A stretch of DNA of 64,000 nt from positions 310,001 to 374,000 of the forward strand of contig BROI01000011.1 of the NCBI GenBank assembly GCA_027923505.1. Reading direction: 5' to 3'. The stretch is from Mayamaea pseudoterrestris. Taxonomy: Eukaryota. Below the pieces are notes generated by a model. That model did no database searches. It saw only the letters and a list, made by a program, of their open reading frames with translations, and was not told the origin of the DNA. Both the position numbers and the translations under genes were made by a program. Positions within the stretch are counted from its first letter, which is position 1. The number at the start of each line of letters is the position of its first letter. Positions 11,765-24,800 of the stretch are shown here, in pieces.

Positions 11765-12274
11765 ATGGTGGCTGTAGGTATCGGAGCTGTAGCCACCTGG
11801 CTCGGTTACTCCTTGATGCAGCGCCACTATCTGAACAAGGGTGACTTTCTTGCCATGCAGCTGCTTGCCGAAACAAGGCAGCCGTACGGAAAACCAACCA
11901 ATGTCATTCCAAAACTATCGCGTCTGCCCACAGTCTCGGAACTTCCTGAGAACCTTCAGTTTCTGGCCGGAGACGAGTCGATAAACTGCGAAGGCGGCAC
12001 TATTTACAAGTGCGGAAACTCGCTCTACTGCCAACCGACGCGCAACCAGACTTCCTACTCTCTCTTTGGCGTCAAGCCACGCACTAGTCTATCACTTCGG
12101 CAACTTGCTCAGAAACACACCGGTCGTGTAACGATATATGAAGACATTGAAACACGCTATAGCTACATGCAGGGAATCCAGCGAGCGAAAGCGTTGGAAC
12201 CAACCGTGGTCAATGCATCGAGTGTCATTAAAGGAGCCTACACCTTTTGCTTTCGAGATTACGTTAGTGAGTAA
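11765..12274 (+). CDS. Hypothetical protein with hydrophobic N-terminus
   Basis: 169-aa ORF with plausible composition; no family recognised; an upstream exon is possible. Confidence 0.45.
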   Translation: MVAVGIGAVATWLGYSLMQRHYLNKGDFLAMQLLAETRQPYGKPTNVIPKLSRLPTVSELPENLQFLAGDESINCEGGTIYKCGNSLYCQPTRNQTSYSLFGVKPRTSLSLRQLAQKHTGRVTIYEDIETRYSYMQGIQRAKALEPTVVNASSVIKGAYTFCFRDYVSE

Positions 12275-12393
12275 TTGTATTAATGGTGGATTGCACATAA
12301 GCGAACAATGCCGAAGAAGGAGCGTTTGCAGATGCCGCATTTGTGACCGCGTCGGCAAACAACGCGCGCCTTGCTGATCAACTACTCACTTAT

Positions 12394-12822
12394 ATGCTGT
12401 CACTCTTCAACACAGATTTCGAGGAGATGCTTGGCATGATGATTCGTCGCAAGGGCATTGAAATAATGCTTCTGCAGCTGTTGGAAAGTGGCAAGCTCGT
12501 CATTGACCCCGACCAAGGTTGCACCATGAAGGAAAAGTCCAACTTTTTGCTTGGCGTTCCACTCGAGATTTGTTGGTACGGCAAGCTTGCCACGGATCGC
12601 ATCAACTGGACTCGCACCTCCATGCGACTGGGTTGGAGACGTTTTGGAAAAACCTTTCAGAATCCAAAGGCGGCGGAAAAGTTGCGGGTGGATCCGTGGG
12701 TTCTACGATTGCCAAAGGAAGACTATCCTCTTTGGGATGGAAGTGGTGACGTTGTGGTTATTGAACGACTTGGATCTGGAAACTTGGTGTTTTGCCGAGA
12801 CGAGTGTTTGACGCCAATCTAG
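12394..12822 (+). CDS. Hypothetical protein
   Basis: ~140-aa ORF; no motif recognised; start uncertain. Confidence 0.35.
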   Translation: MLSLFNTDFEEMLGMMIRRKGIEIMLLQLLESGKLVIDPDQGCTMKEKSNFLLGVPLEICWYGKLATDRINWTRTSMRLGWRRFGKTFQNPKAAEKLRVDPWVLRLPKEDYPLWDGSGDVVVIERLGSGNLVFCRDECLTPI

Positions 12823-13335
12823 CTGTCGGGGCAAGTGGATGTATGCGAATGTTGCTACTACAAACAATATGACTCGATGCTGTTATATGTAATGAAAGTG
12901 TTAATACCTGTGATGAGTGGCTTTCGTGTACTGAACATAGCATGATGCCAACATAGATCGCGATTCGCTGAATTGTTGAGCTGACTTGGTCGCATGACCG
13001 CACGACAGATGGCAGCATCAGCACGGCACCCGACTAAACTTGCTACGACTGACATGAACGCGGCTCCCACGCAAGCTCGTATGTATCTATATAGGTTGCA
13101 CCGGTGAGCGAGCGGGAAGTGAGCACATGATGATAGGAGAATGCTAAACTAGATCGACCGAGCCTAAAATTTCGTGACGAATTACGCGATCAAATGAAAT
13201 AATGTGAGCATCGCGGCAACGAGCCAACCGCGCCATTCTGCGTCACAATCACCCAATCAAAAGGTCTGGTTCTTTCACATAAAACTCTTACCGGTACTCA
13301 ACGTGACAACCACGAAAAGAAATAAATCCGCAACC

Positions 13336-14943
13336 ATGGCGGCAAGTCCTTCATCGCCGACGGACAAAACCATGATACTCGCACTGAGTCAAAGAGCCAA
13401 CCAATGGCTCGGCAAATTTCTGTTGAAGCAAGGCATCAAAGCTCGCTTCGCCTTGGAGCGTGGCGGCATTGTGCGTCATCGGCCATGGCTCGATCAGCTA
13501 TGCTTGCTGCCGATTGCCATGCGACTCGTGTCGCTCGAGTCGTACGAGCAGGGCCAGCAAGCCGTGAACGATGCCATGCAAAAGCAACAAAAAACGCAGC
13601 ATACACCAGAGTCACTTGGAGCAATTCGACTAAAGGTACTCGAGTCTTATGTTAGACCAGCACTCTTGCCGAATGAGCAATGGAACGACGTTTCCAAATG
13701 GCGCTTCCACCCACAAGTTGTCCAATGGTTACGACGAGAGTTCCTCTTGGCCAAGCACCGGGATCATGTACGAGCTGCGTTGGATGCATTCACGTCGCTT
13801 CGTCAATCTCCGCAACTGTCGAAATCGTCCTCCTTGTTTTCGTCATCGTCATTGCTGACGCGCATTGCATCCGGCAAGTTACCATTCGACAAGTCCAATA
13901 CAAAAGACAATGGGCCACAAGAGTCCAGTAAACAATCCAAACTTCCTTCGTCAGAGCTTATTCGCCAAGCCTTTGACATGCGTAACTGGAACGACGGCAA
14001 GGATCACTCGGCGACTGGTTTCCACATGCGCCACGTTGCCCAGCGACTCGGCGGCAACGTCGTTGACTGCGAGCGCGGCTCTGGTTTGCGGATCGCCGAT
14101 ATACCGCCGCACGTGGACTTGACGAAGGTGTCTCTTGGCGACGTGTTGGAGGTGGCGGGTGGTCACGTACATTACCTCGGATCCTTCAACGCCTTGTGCG
14201 TGCAAATACACGTTTACCAACTATGGACGCGCGAGTACATTGACGCGCTCGGAACGTATTTACTAAACCGCACCGCCACGTTTGACGGAGACACGCTTTT
14301 GCTGGAGGTGGGTGCGGGTGACGGCGTCCTGTCGGCCAGCTTGGCGGAATACTTTGACGCAACAAACCGGCCGACCAAGGCGGCGAAAGCAGACAGGAAG
14401 AAACTTAAAAAGTGGCAAACACAAGCACGGCCGTCACAAATCAAGACTACAAAACGAAAGCTACCACTCGTCGTTGCCACGGACGACCAGAGCTGGGGAT
14501 TGGCGCCGCACAAGTCTGATTTTGTGAAAACCATGTCGGTGGAGCAAGCTTTGGAAACCTTTGTCGTCACTAATCAACGACAAGTCATTGTCTTGTGCTC
14601 GTGGATGCCCATGAACGAGGACTGGACGGCAACCTTTCGCAAGTATGGCGTGGATGAATACATTTTGATTGGTGAATGTGACAATGGTCAATGTGGCGAC
14701 AATTGGTTAACTTGGGGCAATCCGGCGTTTCAACCGATCGACTCTCCTGCTGATGTAGATGAGCCTAGTGATGCGGCCGTATCATCAATGAAACGCTCCA
14801 TACCAACGATGATGAAACCATACGAGAGCCAAGGCTACACGCGCCACAACATGAACGCGCTGGCTGCCTTCCAGTATAGCCGGTTCGACTGCAGCGTCAG
14901 CAAGCAGGGTCGGACGGCAAGCTTTCGCAAAAGCAGGCGGTAA
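13336..14943 (+). CDS. Class I SAM-dependent methyltransferase-like protein
   Basis: Motif I LLLEVGAGDG, then VVATDD, VIVLCSWMP and EYILIGE strands of a Rossmann-type MTase fold. Substrate unknown. Confidence 0.65.
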   Translation: MAASPSSPTDKTMILALSQRANQWLGKFLLKQGIKARFALERGGIVRHRPWLDQLCLLPIAMRLVSLESYEQGQQAVNDAMQKQQKTQHTPESLGAIRLKVLESYVRPALLPNEQWNDVSKWRFHPQVVQWLRREFLLAKHRDHVRAALDAFTSLRQSPQLSKSSSLFSSSSLLTRIASGKLPFDKSNTKDNGPQESSKQSKLPSSELIRQAFDMRNWNDGKDHSATGFHMRHVAQRLGGNVVDCERGSGLRIADIPPHVDLTKVSLGDVLEVAGGHVHYLGSFNALCVQIHVYQLWTREYIDALGTYLLNRTATFDGDTLLLEVGAGDGVLSASLAEYFDATNRPTKAAKADRKKLKKWQTQARPSQIKTTKRKLPLVVATDDQSWGLAPHKSDFVKTMSVEQALETFVVTNQRQVIVLCSWMPMNEDWTATFRKYGVDEYILIGECDNGQCGDNWLTWGNPAFQPIDSPADVDEPSDAAVSSMKRSIPTMMKPYESQGYTRHNMNALAAFQYSRFDCSVSKQGRTASFRKSRR

Positions 14944-15324
14944 TAGCTAAATAATGTTAAAAGAGCGAAGAGTTACGTACCATTTAGAAGTTCCGATGTA
15001 CTATAGGGACCGCTGCGGTAGCAAAGCCAATGTTGGATCATTCAAAACCGCTCCGACAACACAATTTATCATGTCACTCGACCAGCCAGACTCGCTCGCG
15101 CGCACGCGTTCCGAACCGACGGTTTCCAAAATTTCGCAAGACCGTTGGTCACCATGATGAATGTGGATCGATATCGAAGCCTTCTTGACCTCTCCGCTCC
15201 TCGGAAGCGTACAGTAGGAGCGGTTGACTGCGATACCGTATAGACGACGAGAAAGGCTACAGCTATTGTATCAACTAGAGAGAAGTACCCAATCTACCTC
15301 TACAAGTACTTTTACATACAATTA

Positions 15325-16387
15325 TATGAAAGCCAGCAACTACTTTGCCACTCGCATGGCCAATTCGGAGCGCGTCCAACAGCGCCTCCACGAGATTGCC
15401 GACACGATGCGTCTCTCCAGCCAACTGCCGGCTGATAATGATGGCGACTATGATGCCGACGACGACGCTCATTCACTGCTGTCAAACCAGGCAGCGTTGG
15501 ACGCGGCGCGGACCTCCATGACGTCGCGGCGACGCTCCAACAGCAGCAGCGTGCAAGTGGTTGGCATGACCATACTTGATCGACAAGCTGAAGTCGACGA
15601 CGACAAGCAATACTCGTTACATGCAGAGACCAAGAAAACAAAGAGACGAACGAGTAGCATCAAGCGTGACGCGGCCACTGAAAACAAGCTTTCAGCAGCA
15701 TCGCCCGCGTCGTCTCCGACCAACTCCAGCAAGTCGAGCGTCAGGCTGCAATTACCGGTGAATCGACCCCGACTCCTTTCCACGACGAGTCTGCGATCGC
15801 TCTCCAGCAGCCAAGTATCGTCGTCTAATGCATCGTCGTCGCAGTCGAGTAATAACAAATCGAATGCAAGACATCACGAGCAGCAGCACAACAATCCACT
15901 ACTCCAACGACTATATCGCTACCTTTGTTTACTACCAACTCTGTTGAGCATGCTGACTATGCTGACGGTAACAATTGTTTCCTTGGCGCGAACATTGGTG
16001 TGGAGCGTTTGGACGCCGTGGACCTTTGTGCGACTCGTCAGTGTGTGGACGCTCGGCGGAGCAGTCATTCACTACAATCAACTATTTTGGCATACGCGCA
16101 GGAAAGAAACAGTCGTGCCCGAGTCACATCATATTGGTGCAGTTGCAGCTAATAGTAATGATGCTGCAACAGCACCACCCAATGTTTCAGCAGCAACCGC
16201 GAGACGGCCATCCACCAAGAGCAAGCCGCACCCGCGCGGCAACTTGCAACGCATGGCGTCGTCCACATCCATGCGCAGTTACTCGACCAACAAGTCGGCA
16301 AGCAGTGTCAATGACAAGAAGAAGACTGGTTCGTGGAAGTTTTGGAAGCGAAAACCAAAGAGTAAAAGTGTCACAGTGACGCCGTAG
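15325..16387 (+). CDS. Hypothetical Ser-rich protein with central hydrophobic segments
   Basis: Long ORF with low-complexity ends and 1-2 apparent TM segments (YLCLLPTLLSMLTMLTVTIVSL; FVRLVSVWTLGGAVI). Confidence 0.6.
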
Positions 16388-17176
16388 GGTAACGTGGGCG
16401 ACCTTGGCGAGGTAAACAACAAGAACTACCGGCACAGCAGCTGGTGCTACGTCTGATGCAGCAAGGTGTACATGCTAACGAAGCTAAAACAGTGCTACCG
16501 GTACCTTCATTGTAGCAGCCACCGTCGCCTTGGCCGGGTGAGTGGCGGATTGCGAGCGCGGTACACTTTTTGGAAAAGTACGCGACAACGCGAATGGTCT
16601 ATATGAACGATACCAAGTTCCTACCGGTACATATCTACAAAACATGTTAGTTGAATAATTATTCAGAAGCTTTTGTATTCACAGTCCCCCATCATTTATT
16701 CTGACACTCATCGTGCACCGAGCCAACATCTTCCAATGCGTCGGCTTTGCTCTCATCAGTGTCGCTGTCTGGCATTGTCAAGATACCAATGAAACGAGAA
16801 GCACTTTTAATCCTCATCGCAAGGTGATAATTGTAGGGAAGGTAGGTAGTTTTTTTAATACGAGGAGCCGAATGTCGCACTTTTTTGTTGCTGGTACGAC
16901 GGCAACGACCAATGACGCTGCGCGCAACACCAACTTTTGCGGCTCGGCGGGAGACTCGTGCCTCAAAGTTCAAACGCAATCGAATGCTTGAAAAAGAGTA
17001 CAGCACACCACAAGTGGCGCGCAAGCAAGCAATGAAGATTCTGTTCTCAGTGTCGATTGGATTGTACAAAATGAACCAGATTTTGCGAGAGTGCATTGCA
17101 AGCGCATCAATTAGCGACTCTCACAAGGTTGATTGCATCGGCTGCCAACATTTATTATAGCTGTTACTCTCTCATC

Positions 17177-17749
17177 ATGCCTCCGCAGCGTAATATCTAT
17201 GGGTACGGAAGAGACGAAGCACGTGGTGTAGTGAGTGAGGCCGTGTCGAATCGCATTGCCCACGATACAACGTCCTTTATCAACTGGTCGCCGATTTGCG
17301 TGCACACTGTCTACAAAGACCGAACTTATGGCCGCAAGATGTGCGTGTATGCTGTTTGTCTTCCTGGTGGGTCTTTGAAGGCCGACACAACACGTGGTCT
17401 CCGACTTCAAGTCACTGACGATAACCGGCTCATGGTACAGGTTCCGACACCCGATGCCTTTCAGTCCACCGACCTTTTACAGCCGTTTCAAAACTATACA
17501 GAAATGGAGGATTATCTCATCAAGTACAATTTGAGCGTCGCACTGAATGACTTTAAGACGCAGTCCACTTCGATAATCCACGCGATTGCATACCTTCCAT
17601 TGCCGTTTGAGTGCACCAAGGAGGTGGAGTTGATTCACGCCTACGGAGACGCACATGGTAGTCGCATCGTGTACATCAAATTGCAGGCAACTCCCACTGG
17701 TTTCAAGTCGCCGGATCATGCGGAAATCACCATGGCTGGCTGCAAATGA
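17177..17749 (+). CDS. Hypothetical beta-rich protein
   Basis: 190-aa ORF from ATG 17177 with globular composition (YAVCLPGG, YLPLPFEC, IVYIKLQA); no family assigned. Confidence 0.55.
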   Translation: MPPQRNIYGYGRDEARGVVSEAVSNRIAHDTTSFINWSPICVHTVYKDRTYGRKMCVYAVCLPGGSLKADTTRGLRLQVTDDNRLMVQVPTPDAFQSTDLLQPFQNYTEMEDYLIKYNLSVALNDFKTQSTSIIHAIAYLPLPFECTKEVELIHAYGDAHGSRIVYIKLQATPTGFKSPDHAEITMAGCK

Positions 17750-18896
17750 TTGATTAAGGATGGTGGGGGTTCTTAAGTCTGATGACGCAAACTATGATCT
17801 GGTATATTCCCAAGTAGGTTACCAATCCCAGTATCTCAGTATTGGTATAGATTTCTCCGTCTTACTCGATATGAATCCTATATCGCGGTGTTAAATTGGG
17901 TGTTATACATGTGCCGGTATGTGAAAGTGCTTTGCATCGCCAAGCCGAATATAGCATGCATACCGATACGACTAGCAGCGCTGTGTACCTTTACTCCTTC
18001 GCTCGCTTTAAAGTTGTCCCGCGTGTTACAAACGCTCATAGCATCACGACTCCACGGTTGACGAAAACGGACCAGCTTTTGTAACGACTGCAGTCTTCAT
18101 TGTTAATAAGCTTCGATATTGCTTGCCACTGCATTCTCAAACGGAAACGATGTCATCATTCAAAGTTCTCTTGCGTCGCCAACGGCTCGGTCGTCGACGA
18201 AGCAACCTGCGTGTGCCGGAATCGAACTTTCTCAAGACAACTCGCGCCTTGGACAACCAGTTATCCTATTCGTTGAATCGCATGTCGACTGGATTTTGGC
18301 GTTCTCCTGTACTTTGGTCGTGGTCTATTGGATGCTCACGGCTGATATGGCTAGAATATCGAAATAACTTGGAGATTGAGTTATCTAAGGAGTTAAACAA
18401 AGCAAAGTCTTAAGCGGCGCTGCATGACGACGCGATGTTTGTGGTGTTGGAGCAACAACGCCTCATAGCTGTTCTTCTCCAACTATACTACATGCTGTCC
18501 TGATTCTGAATTCATGTTTATGCCATTAAATAAACATTTTTAGACAAATATTAACGTAATTTGTGTCTCTCTAGTGTTCCTTTCGTTGTTCTCGTTTACA
18601 TCGATAGATACAATTTGTATCTGCGCTGCATGAGCGCCAATGTTTCTGAGCGCATCGTCATTGTCGTTGAGGCGACGACCTGAAACAGAAAGCAAAGGTT
18701 CTGTATGTATGTCCAGCGAGGCTACATCAAATTTGCGCAGCAGGATGCTCCTTTCCAAAAAGCTCGTTGAAGTTCTGTATAGGTGCTCCATTGAATCCGT
18801 CACGAACGACTTGGGCACAAGGTCTCCGCGTGTATACAGGCGTTTGCAGGCCCCGCAAAGTCTTGTACTTTGCGCCAAGTCTGTTCCCTCCTTCCG

Positions 18897-20261
18897 TCAG
18901 GGGATTACTTCATTTGCCACCTTTTGAAACTTGCCGTTCAGCACCGATCGATCCAATGCCAGCCGCAGTCCTCTCCAAATGGGCACCCATAGAAACGGCG
19001 ACGAACAGTAGTGCGAACAGTCAGGATACCCCGCATGAAGATTGTGAAGCGGCAGGGTGTACTGCCGAAAGGGTATCATGACGATTTCGTGTCGGTCGGC
19101 ATCAATTGGCGAGTTTGTAAAATTGGGTGCCAACGCATCAACCAGCGTCCAGTTCATGTCATGCACCATGTGACACACACTAGCAAGGTGGTAGGAGGTG
19201 GAGTTTCGTTCCAAATCATCTGCGGCGGAGCATTCCGTCTGATTCGGCAGACTTTCCGTATAGTACCCACCGGGGGTGGCGTAGTGCTGCGTCGACGTTT
19301 CCCGCCACAACACAAGGGAGACGTTTCGAAACAGCACCTGCAGAGTAGCAGCGTACTCTGGTCTTATTTTGTGCTTTTCTCTCTCCAAGTAATGAAGTCC
19401 GTGGTCAAACATGACAATATTTGACGGATGCTGCGCCAAGAACTCCTTCACCACGCCTGCATGGGGACGAAACAAGTTGCAAAAGCTCATCGTTGTGGTT
19501 TGCGCACCGCGCGTGACGGTCACGTAGTACGTGGACAGCCAGCGATGTCGCCACTCGAATCCGGGAGCGCTGTCGCGCGGCACAATGCTGGATGTGACGT
19601 TGTAGTTATTTCGGCGCAGTTCGCACTCCCAACCGGAAGCAACCTGCCGCATCACGGAATCACCTATGAAGGAAAGACTCAAGTTGTGCTGCAGAAGCAT
19701 TTGTATAATTTGGCATGAGTCGCACTGTCGAATAGTATTCACTGGAAGTGGGTGATCATTCAGCCACTGAATCGACATGTTTTGTAATGTTTGGTATGGG
19801 AGGAGCTACAGGGATTGGCGGTCACAGTCAGTGTGAGTGACATGTTTTTCTCTACAAACTTTGTAACTCGGCACTATATATACACTCACCAAATTCTCTG
19901 GATTGTTGAAACACCTGTCACTTGCATACGCTACTTGACCAAAGAGTGCAATGCTGCCAAGGCAGCAGTACTCTGGCGTTCCAGCTGGCGGAAGGCAGTT
20001 TCGCTCCGGTCCGGCACTGGTCATCTCCCAGTCCTGCAGCGGCAAGTAATTTAAACGAGTCGAATGGTAGCTGACTTCTTCTATTGTCAGTGGCGGGTTG
20101 ATTGAATCGTTTGTTTCGTCTTTTAGAGAAACATAATAGCTGTAGTAATCAGCAAAGTAGGTTGGTTTGTGCAACGAGCGAATGATATAAATGGCGGCAA
20201 GACTGGCCAGTAGTCTCTTCTTGCTTCGATTGGAGACACCATCAAGAACATTCTCAAACAT
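18897..20261 (-). CDS. TBL/PC-esterase (SGNH-like) O-acyltransferase/esterase; exons 20261-19890 and 19805-18897
   Basis: GDS motif (LSFIGDSVMRQ) and DxxH motif (PDCSHYC); N-terminal signal-anchor. 84-bp intron 19889-19806 (GTGAGT...TGTAG) joins the ORFs in frame. Confidence 0.8.
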
Positions 20262-20508
20262 GTTAGATACATGAATGCAAGAGAAGAGTGCTGGATGCAT
20301 GAGGGTGATACTGCTTGATGGGCCGACGGCTGCCACGAGCCAATGTTGCTGGTCCCATGTGCCTTGGAGTATGTTTAGGTGTTCCGTTGATATTTTGGAT
20401 GTACTATTGCCATCAGTCGTGGATGACTTTTAGAAATGACTTTGTATTATATCCCACCGGTACTACCATTGGCGATGACGAGACGGCGGAGTCGGTTCGA
20501 CCATGGCA

Positions 20509-20777
20509 GCTGAGAATCGGTGATTAAACAGGTGATCCTCAGTACTATGGCCTACATCCCAGGGCATTGGTAAAGATGCGGGATCGACTGGCTGCGTTGC
20601 AATGAACAGGACAGTTAGCTATAGAGACTCGGAGACACTCTTGGAGAGGTCAAGATTCCAAGAGTTACGGCGGTCGCTTAGGATAGAATAAGCTCACTCT
20701 TTTATAGCGGATCTTTTGCAAGCGAATAGGAGAGGTTTATATCGTAAATTACAAGTACATTTGGAGCAATCTCAGCA
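20509..20777 (+). repeat. 5' LTR
   Basis: GCTGAGAATC...AATCTCAGCA; matches the 3' LTR by eye except that the first T is missing. Confidence 0.95.
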
Positions 20778-20812
20778 TACCTTAAGGTAGCCTCGGAGAT
20801 ACCCGAGTCAGC

Positions 20813-21890
20813 ATGGCTGAACCAGCCCAAGGAATCGTTCCTGCAAGGACTGACGAGGAGCGATGGAAAGATGAGCGCTGGAACAAGAAGCCTGCGGCGA
20901 TCCCCAAGTTGGATAAAGACAAGAAGTTTTGGACTTGGAAGATGGAGATCGAGGCGTGGCAAGTTGCGCATGACTTGGACAAGGTAATGGATCCAAGCGG
21001 ATGGGCGGACCTGCCGACGCGAGAAGAACAGCCAAATCAATCGTACGCCAACAGGCGAGCCGTCAAGATGAACAAGGTAGCCATGGCGCAGTTAATCATG
21101 GCGCATGGCGACGGAGACAAGGGAGCGGAGTTCCTCTTGATCATTACGGAATCAAGGACGGAAGCGTGGCCGACGGGCAAGGCAAGTGACGTCATGAAGA
21201 AGCTGATCGAACAATATCAGCCGACCGATCAAGTTGCCCAATTAAAGTTGATGGATGACCTTAGCAGTCTCTCGATGCGAGACAGCCAAAATCCAACCAA
21301 GTTGTTCCTAAAGGTAGCAGAGCTGGAGAGTCAGTTTCTAGCGTCAGGAGCAAAGCTCGAGGAGCGTCAAGTCGTTCCTCATATCATCAAGGCCTTACCG
21401 GAGCGGTACAGCGGACGAGTGTCGGCCATGTTTGAAAAGCACAAGGAGCTAACCAAAGCAATGATACGCGAAGGCGTAGAGGCAGAATATCGCCTCCAAG
21501 TGGCGAAAGGCGCCATCAAGGAAGACGACGATGAAGATGAAGATGAACAAGCTCTCTTTACTCAATCGTCGATCGGAAACCCCAAGGGCTGCTGGCTTTG
21601 CGGCAGCACGGAACACAAGAAGAAGGACTGCCCAAAGTATAAAGGGAACGGCGGCGGCGGCGGAGGCAACAGAAGCAGGTCGAAGAAAAGATTCCAAGGA
21701 ACGTGCGACGAATGCGGAAAGCAAGGGCACAAGAAAGAAGACTGCTTTCATCTTGAGAAGAACGCCTCCAAGCGCCCCGCTTGGTTCAAGAAGATCTTGG
21801 AGAAGAAGAATGAGTCGGCAAATGTCACTTGTGACGACGAATTCTTCATCATGGCAACCAAGGGCGTCGCGGAGGTCGACGACGAAGTTG
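20813..21890 (+). CDS. gag: Copia Gag
   Basis: FWTWKMEIEAW; capsid-like IIKALPERY; two CCHC knuckles (CWLCGSTEHKKKDC, CDECGKQGHKKEDC). Confidence 0.9.
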
Positions 21891-24800
21891 TGGTTTGCCG
21901 ACAACGGGTGCACCGAGCGCCATAACGAAGTCAAAAGAAGCAATGTATGAGACAAGGGCAGCAACAAGCGTCGATAAGATCAAAGTCGGGAACAGTGAAT
22001 ACGTACATCCCGAGCTTGTTGGAAAGTTGCGAGGCACAATCGTGGATAAGGACGGCAAGAAGGTTGGAAACTTGTCGTTGGATCGAGTCAGTTACTCGGA
22101 GTCAGCCGTCGGCAACCTCATTCCAGTCGGAAAGATGATAAAGGAAGGTTGACGCGCTGAAGCAGTCAATAGATGGACTGGAGTTAAGCAAAGGAAAGCG
22201 CAAGTTAGTCTTCGATGTGACGGTACAAGTCGGCAGCGGAGTCTTCCACGCTATGCGAGTCAAAAGGACGCCGACGACGGCAGAACAAGCAACAGTCGCG
22301 GCAAACGCAAACAGAGTCGTTTCTTACCAACAAGTGCATGAAGAGTTTGGCCACATGGGCAAAGCAGCGACTCGAGCGACAGCGAAGCACTTAGGATGGA
22401 CGCTAACTGGAAAGATGAATCCATGCGTCTCTTGCGGCGTAGCGAAGGCGCGCCAGAAGGATATCGCTCGAAAGGAGCCAGCCGAGAAGGCAAAGACACC
22501 AGGACGACGCATCTACTTGGACTTGACGACGCCAAAGGATAAAGAAGGCAAGAATCTGCCAGGCAAGTTGAACGGTCGATGCATCGTGGACGAGGCGACA
22601 GGATTCAAAGTTGTCGACTTCTTCGCAACCAAGAACGCAATGGTGGAACCAACCTTGAACCTGCTTAGAGAATGGAAGCACAAAGGAAGGGAGGTTGAGT
22701 TTCTCAAGGATGGATAACGCTGGCAGAACAAGAGTCTTGCGAGGCAAGCCAAGGCAGAGGGACTCGTCAAGCGCATTGAATGGACAGCGGCAAACACGCC
22801 GCAACAGAACCACAAGGCAGAAACCTGCTGGCGCACACTCAAAGGGCGTTCAAGAGCTATAGCATACAGAGCAAACGTACCAGAGAAGCAGAGGCAGAAG
22901 TTCTTTGCAAGGCTAGTAAAGCATGCTAGCAAGTTGGATGGACTCACCATGGTCGAGTTGAATGGGGAAATGAAAACACGCTATGAGCACTTTGGCGAAA
23001 AGATTCCACGCTTTGTTAAGTACATGAGGTGTTGGGGCGAGGCGTGCGTGCTGACGAAAGGTGTCAAGAAACCGGGAATGGAATTTGACAAAGGCGCAGT
23101 CGGCATGTTGGTAGGCTTTCCGGATGACCATGAGGGAGACGTCTATCAAGTTTGGAATCCCAAGACGAATAGAGTTGCAGAGGTTAGAGATGTAACGTTC
23201 CTAAACAAGTGGTATTTCCAAGAAACGATCAAGGAGATAGCCGACTTAAAGGAGAAGGAAGGCATCGATTGGGATCTTGACACCCCAAGAGGTGCGACTC
23301 ACGACGCGCAAGCCAGCGACAGTGAGGAAGAGGAGAGTGTCAACGGTGACGTTGACAACGTGGCATCAGCAAACGAGCGAGCTGTCACAAAGATTGACCA
23401 TGGGGAAGGAAGAACAATAACTTCGATCCGGGCGCGTTGTAATACCAAGGCAACGATTGATCGAGCAAGTAACGCTGGCGTATCAGCTGGCGACCCAAGA
23501 ATGCGCGTTGGCGATGCTGGACTGTGAGCTTACGCTCAACGCGGCAATCATCGAGGAGATGGAGGAAGGCGAGTGCTACACGCCGGCGCGCGACGAGTTA
23601 GCGCTCGTTGGCGCAGGGATTGGCGATGGCATTGCGCATACATCAGAGCTACAAGTAATGAAGTTCAGCGAGGCAATGGCGAAGGGACCAGTCGCTGAAT
23701 GGCAGAAGGCGGTTGACGACGAGCATGATCGAATGCTCAAGTACAAATGCTTCAAAGAAATCCCACGCTCGCAGCTTCCTGAAGGAACGAAGCTGATCGA
23801 CACGACATGGGCAATGAAGCAAAAGGCAAACGGAACAAAGCGAGCAAGAATGGCGGTCAGGGGATTCCAGCAGATCGAAGGAGTCCATTACGATCCCAAG
23901 TCGGTGTCGGCGCCTGTCGTGAATCTATCGACGACGCGCATCATGTTGGTATTGATGTTGATGGCACGCTGGGACGCGCACATTGTCGACGTGCGAGGAG
24001 CATTCTTGCAAGGCAAGTTCGAAAACGACGAAAAGATTTACATTAAGATACCACAAGGATTCGAAAAGCATTATAAAGCAGACAGCGTGTTGCAGCTGTT
24101 GGCGCCAGTGTACGGATTGATACAAGCGGCGTACTGTTTCTATTTGGTGTTGGTCAGAGCGTTCGACAACCAAGGATACGGAAGGAGCAAGGCCGATCCA
24201 TGCCTCTATTATCAATGGGGCGAACAAGGATTACATCTTTGGTCGAGTCATACGGATGACTGCTTGTCGGCCGGAAAGGATATCATCACAGCGAAGAACA
24301 AATTCATGAGCGAACTCGACTGCGAGGACATTGGCGAGTTGAAAGAGCACATCGGCTGCAAGATCGATATCAACAAGGAAGAAGGATGGTTGAAGATAAC
24401 TCAACCAGTCGCAATTCAAAGACTCAAAGACGAGTTCAATATACCCGACGAGCTCGATGAGGAGAGGCTTCCGGCGTCACCGGGAAGCAAGTTAAAGAGC
24501 GGCGAAACAATCGTTGGAGCGCAGGAGCATCACGAGTTTCGCAGCGGCGTTGGCATTGTTCAATGGATTAAAAGAGGCTCGAGACCAGAGATAAGCAACG
24601 CTGTTAGAGACGTTGCAAGGCGTCTACAAGGACCAACGGAAGCGCATGTGAAAGCGAACCATCGAATCATGCGCTACTTAACGAGGACTCCGGAGCGTGG
24701 ACTCGTCCTCAAGCCATCGAGGCAATGGGATGGCACACCAAGCTTTAAGTTCAGATTGAAAGTGATTACGGACTCATCATACGCGTCGGATCCAGACACA

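Noticed and set aside
16400..18890. DNA transposon remnant around the 17.2-kb ORF
   Set aside because: Only short imperfect inverted repeats; no paired TIRs, TSD or transposase motif found.
20315..20527. Host ORF interrupted by the retrotransposon
   Set aside because: Rejoining the flanks gives only a short, motif-free frame.
21880..21910. Programmed gag-pol frameshift
   Set aside because: Two shifts 20 nt apart split the protease motif itself, no slippery heptamer is evident, and similar indels recur through pol.
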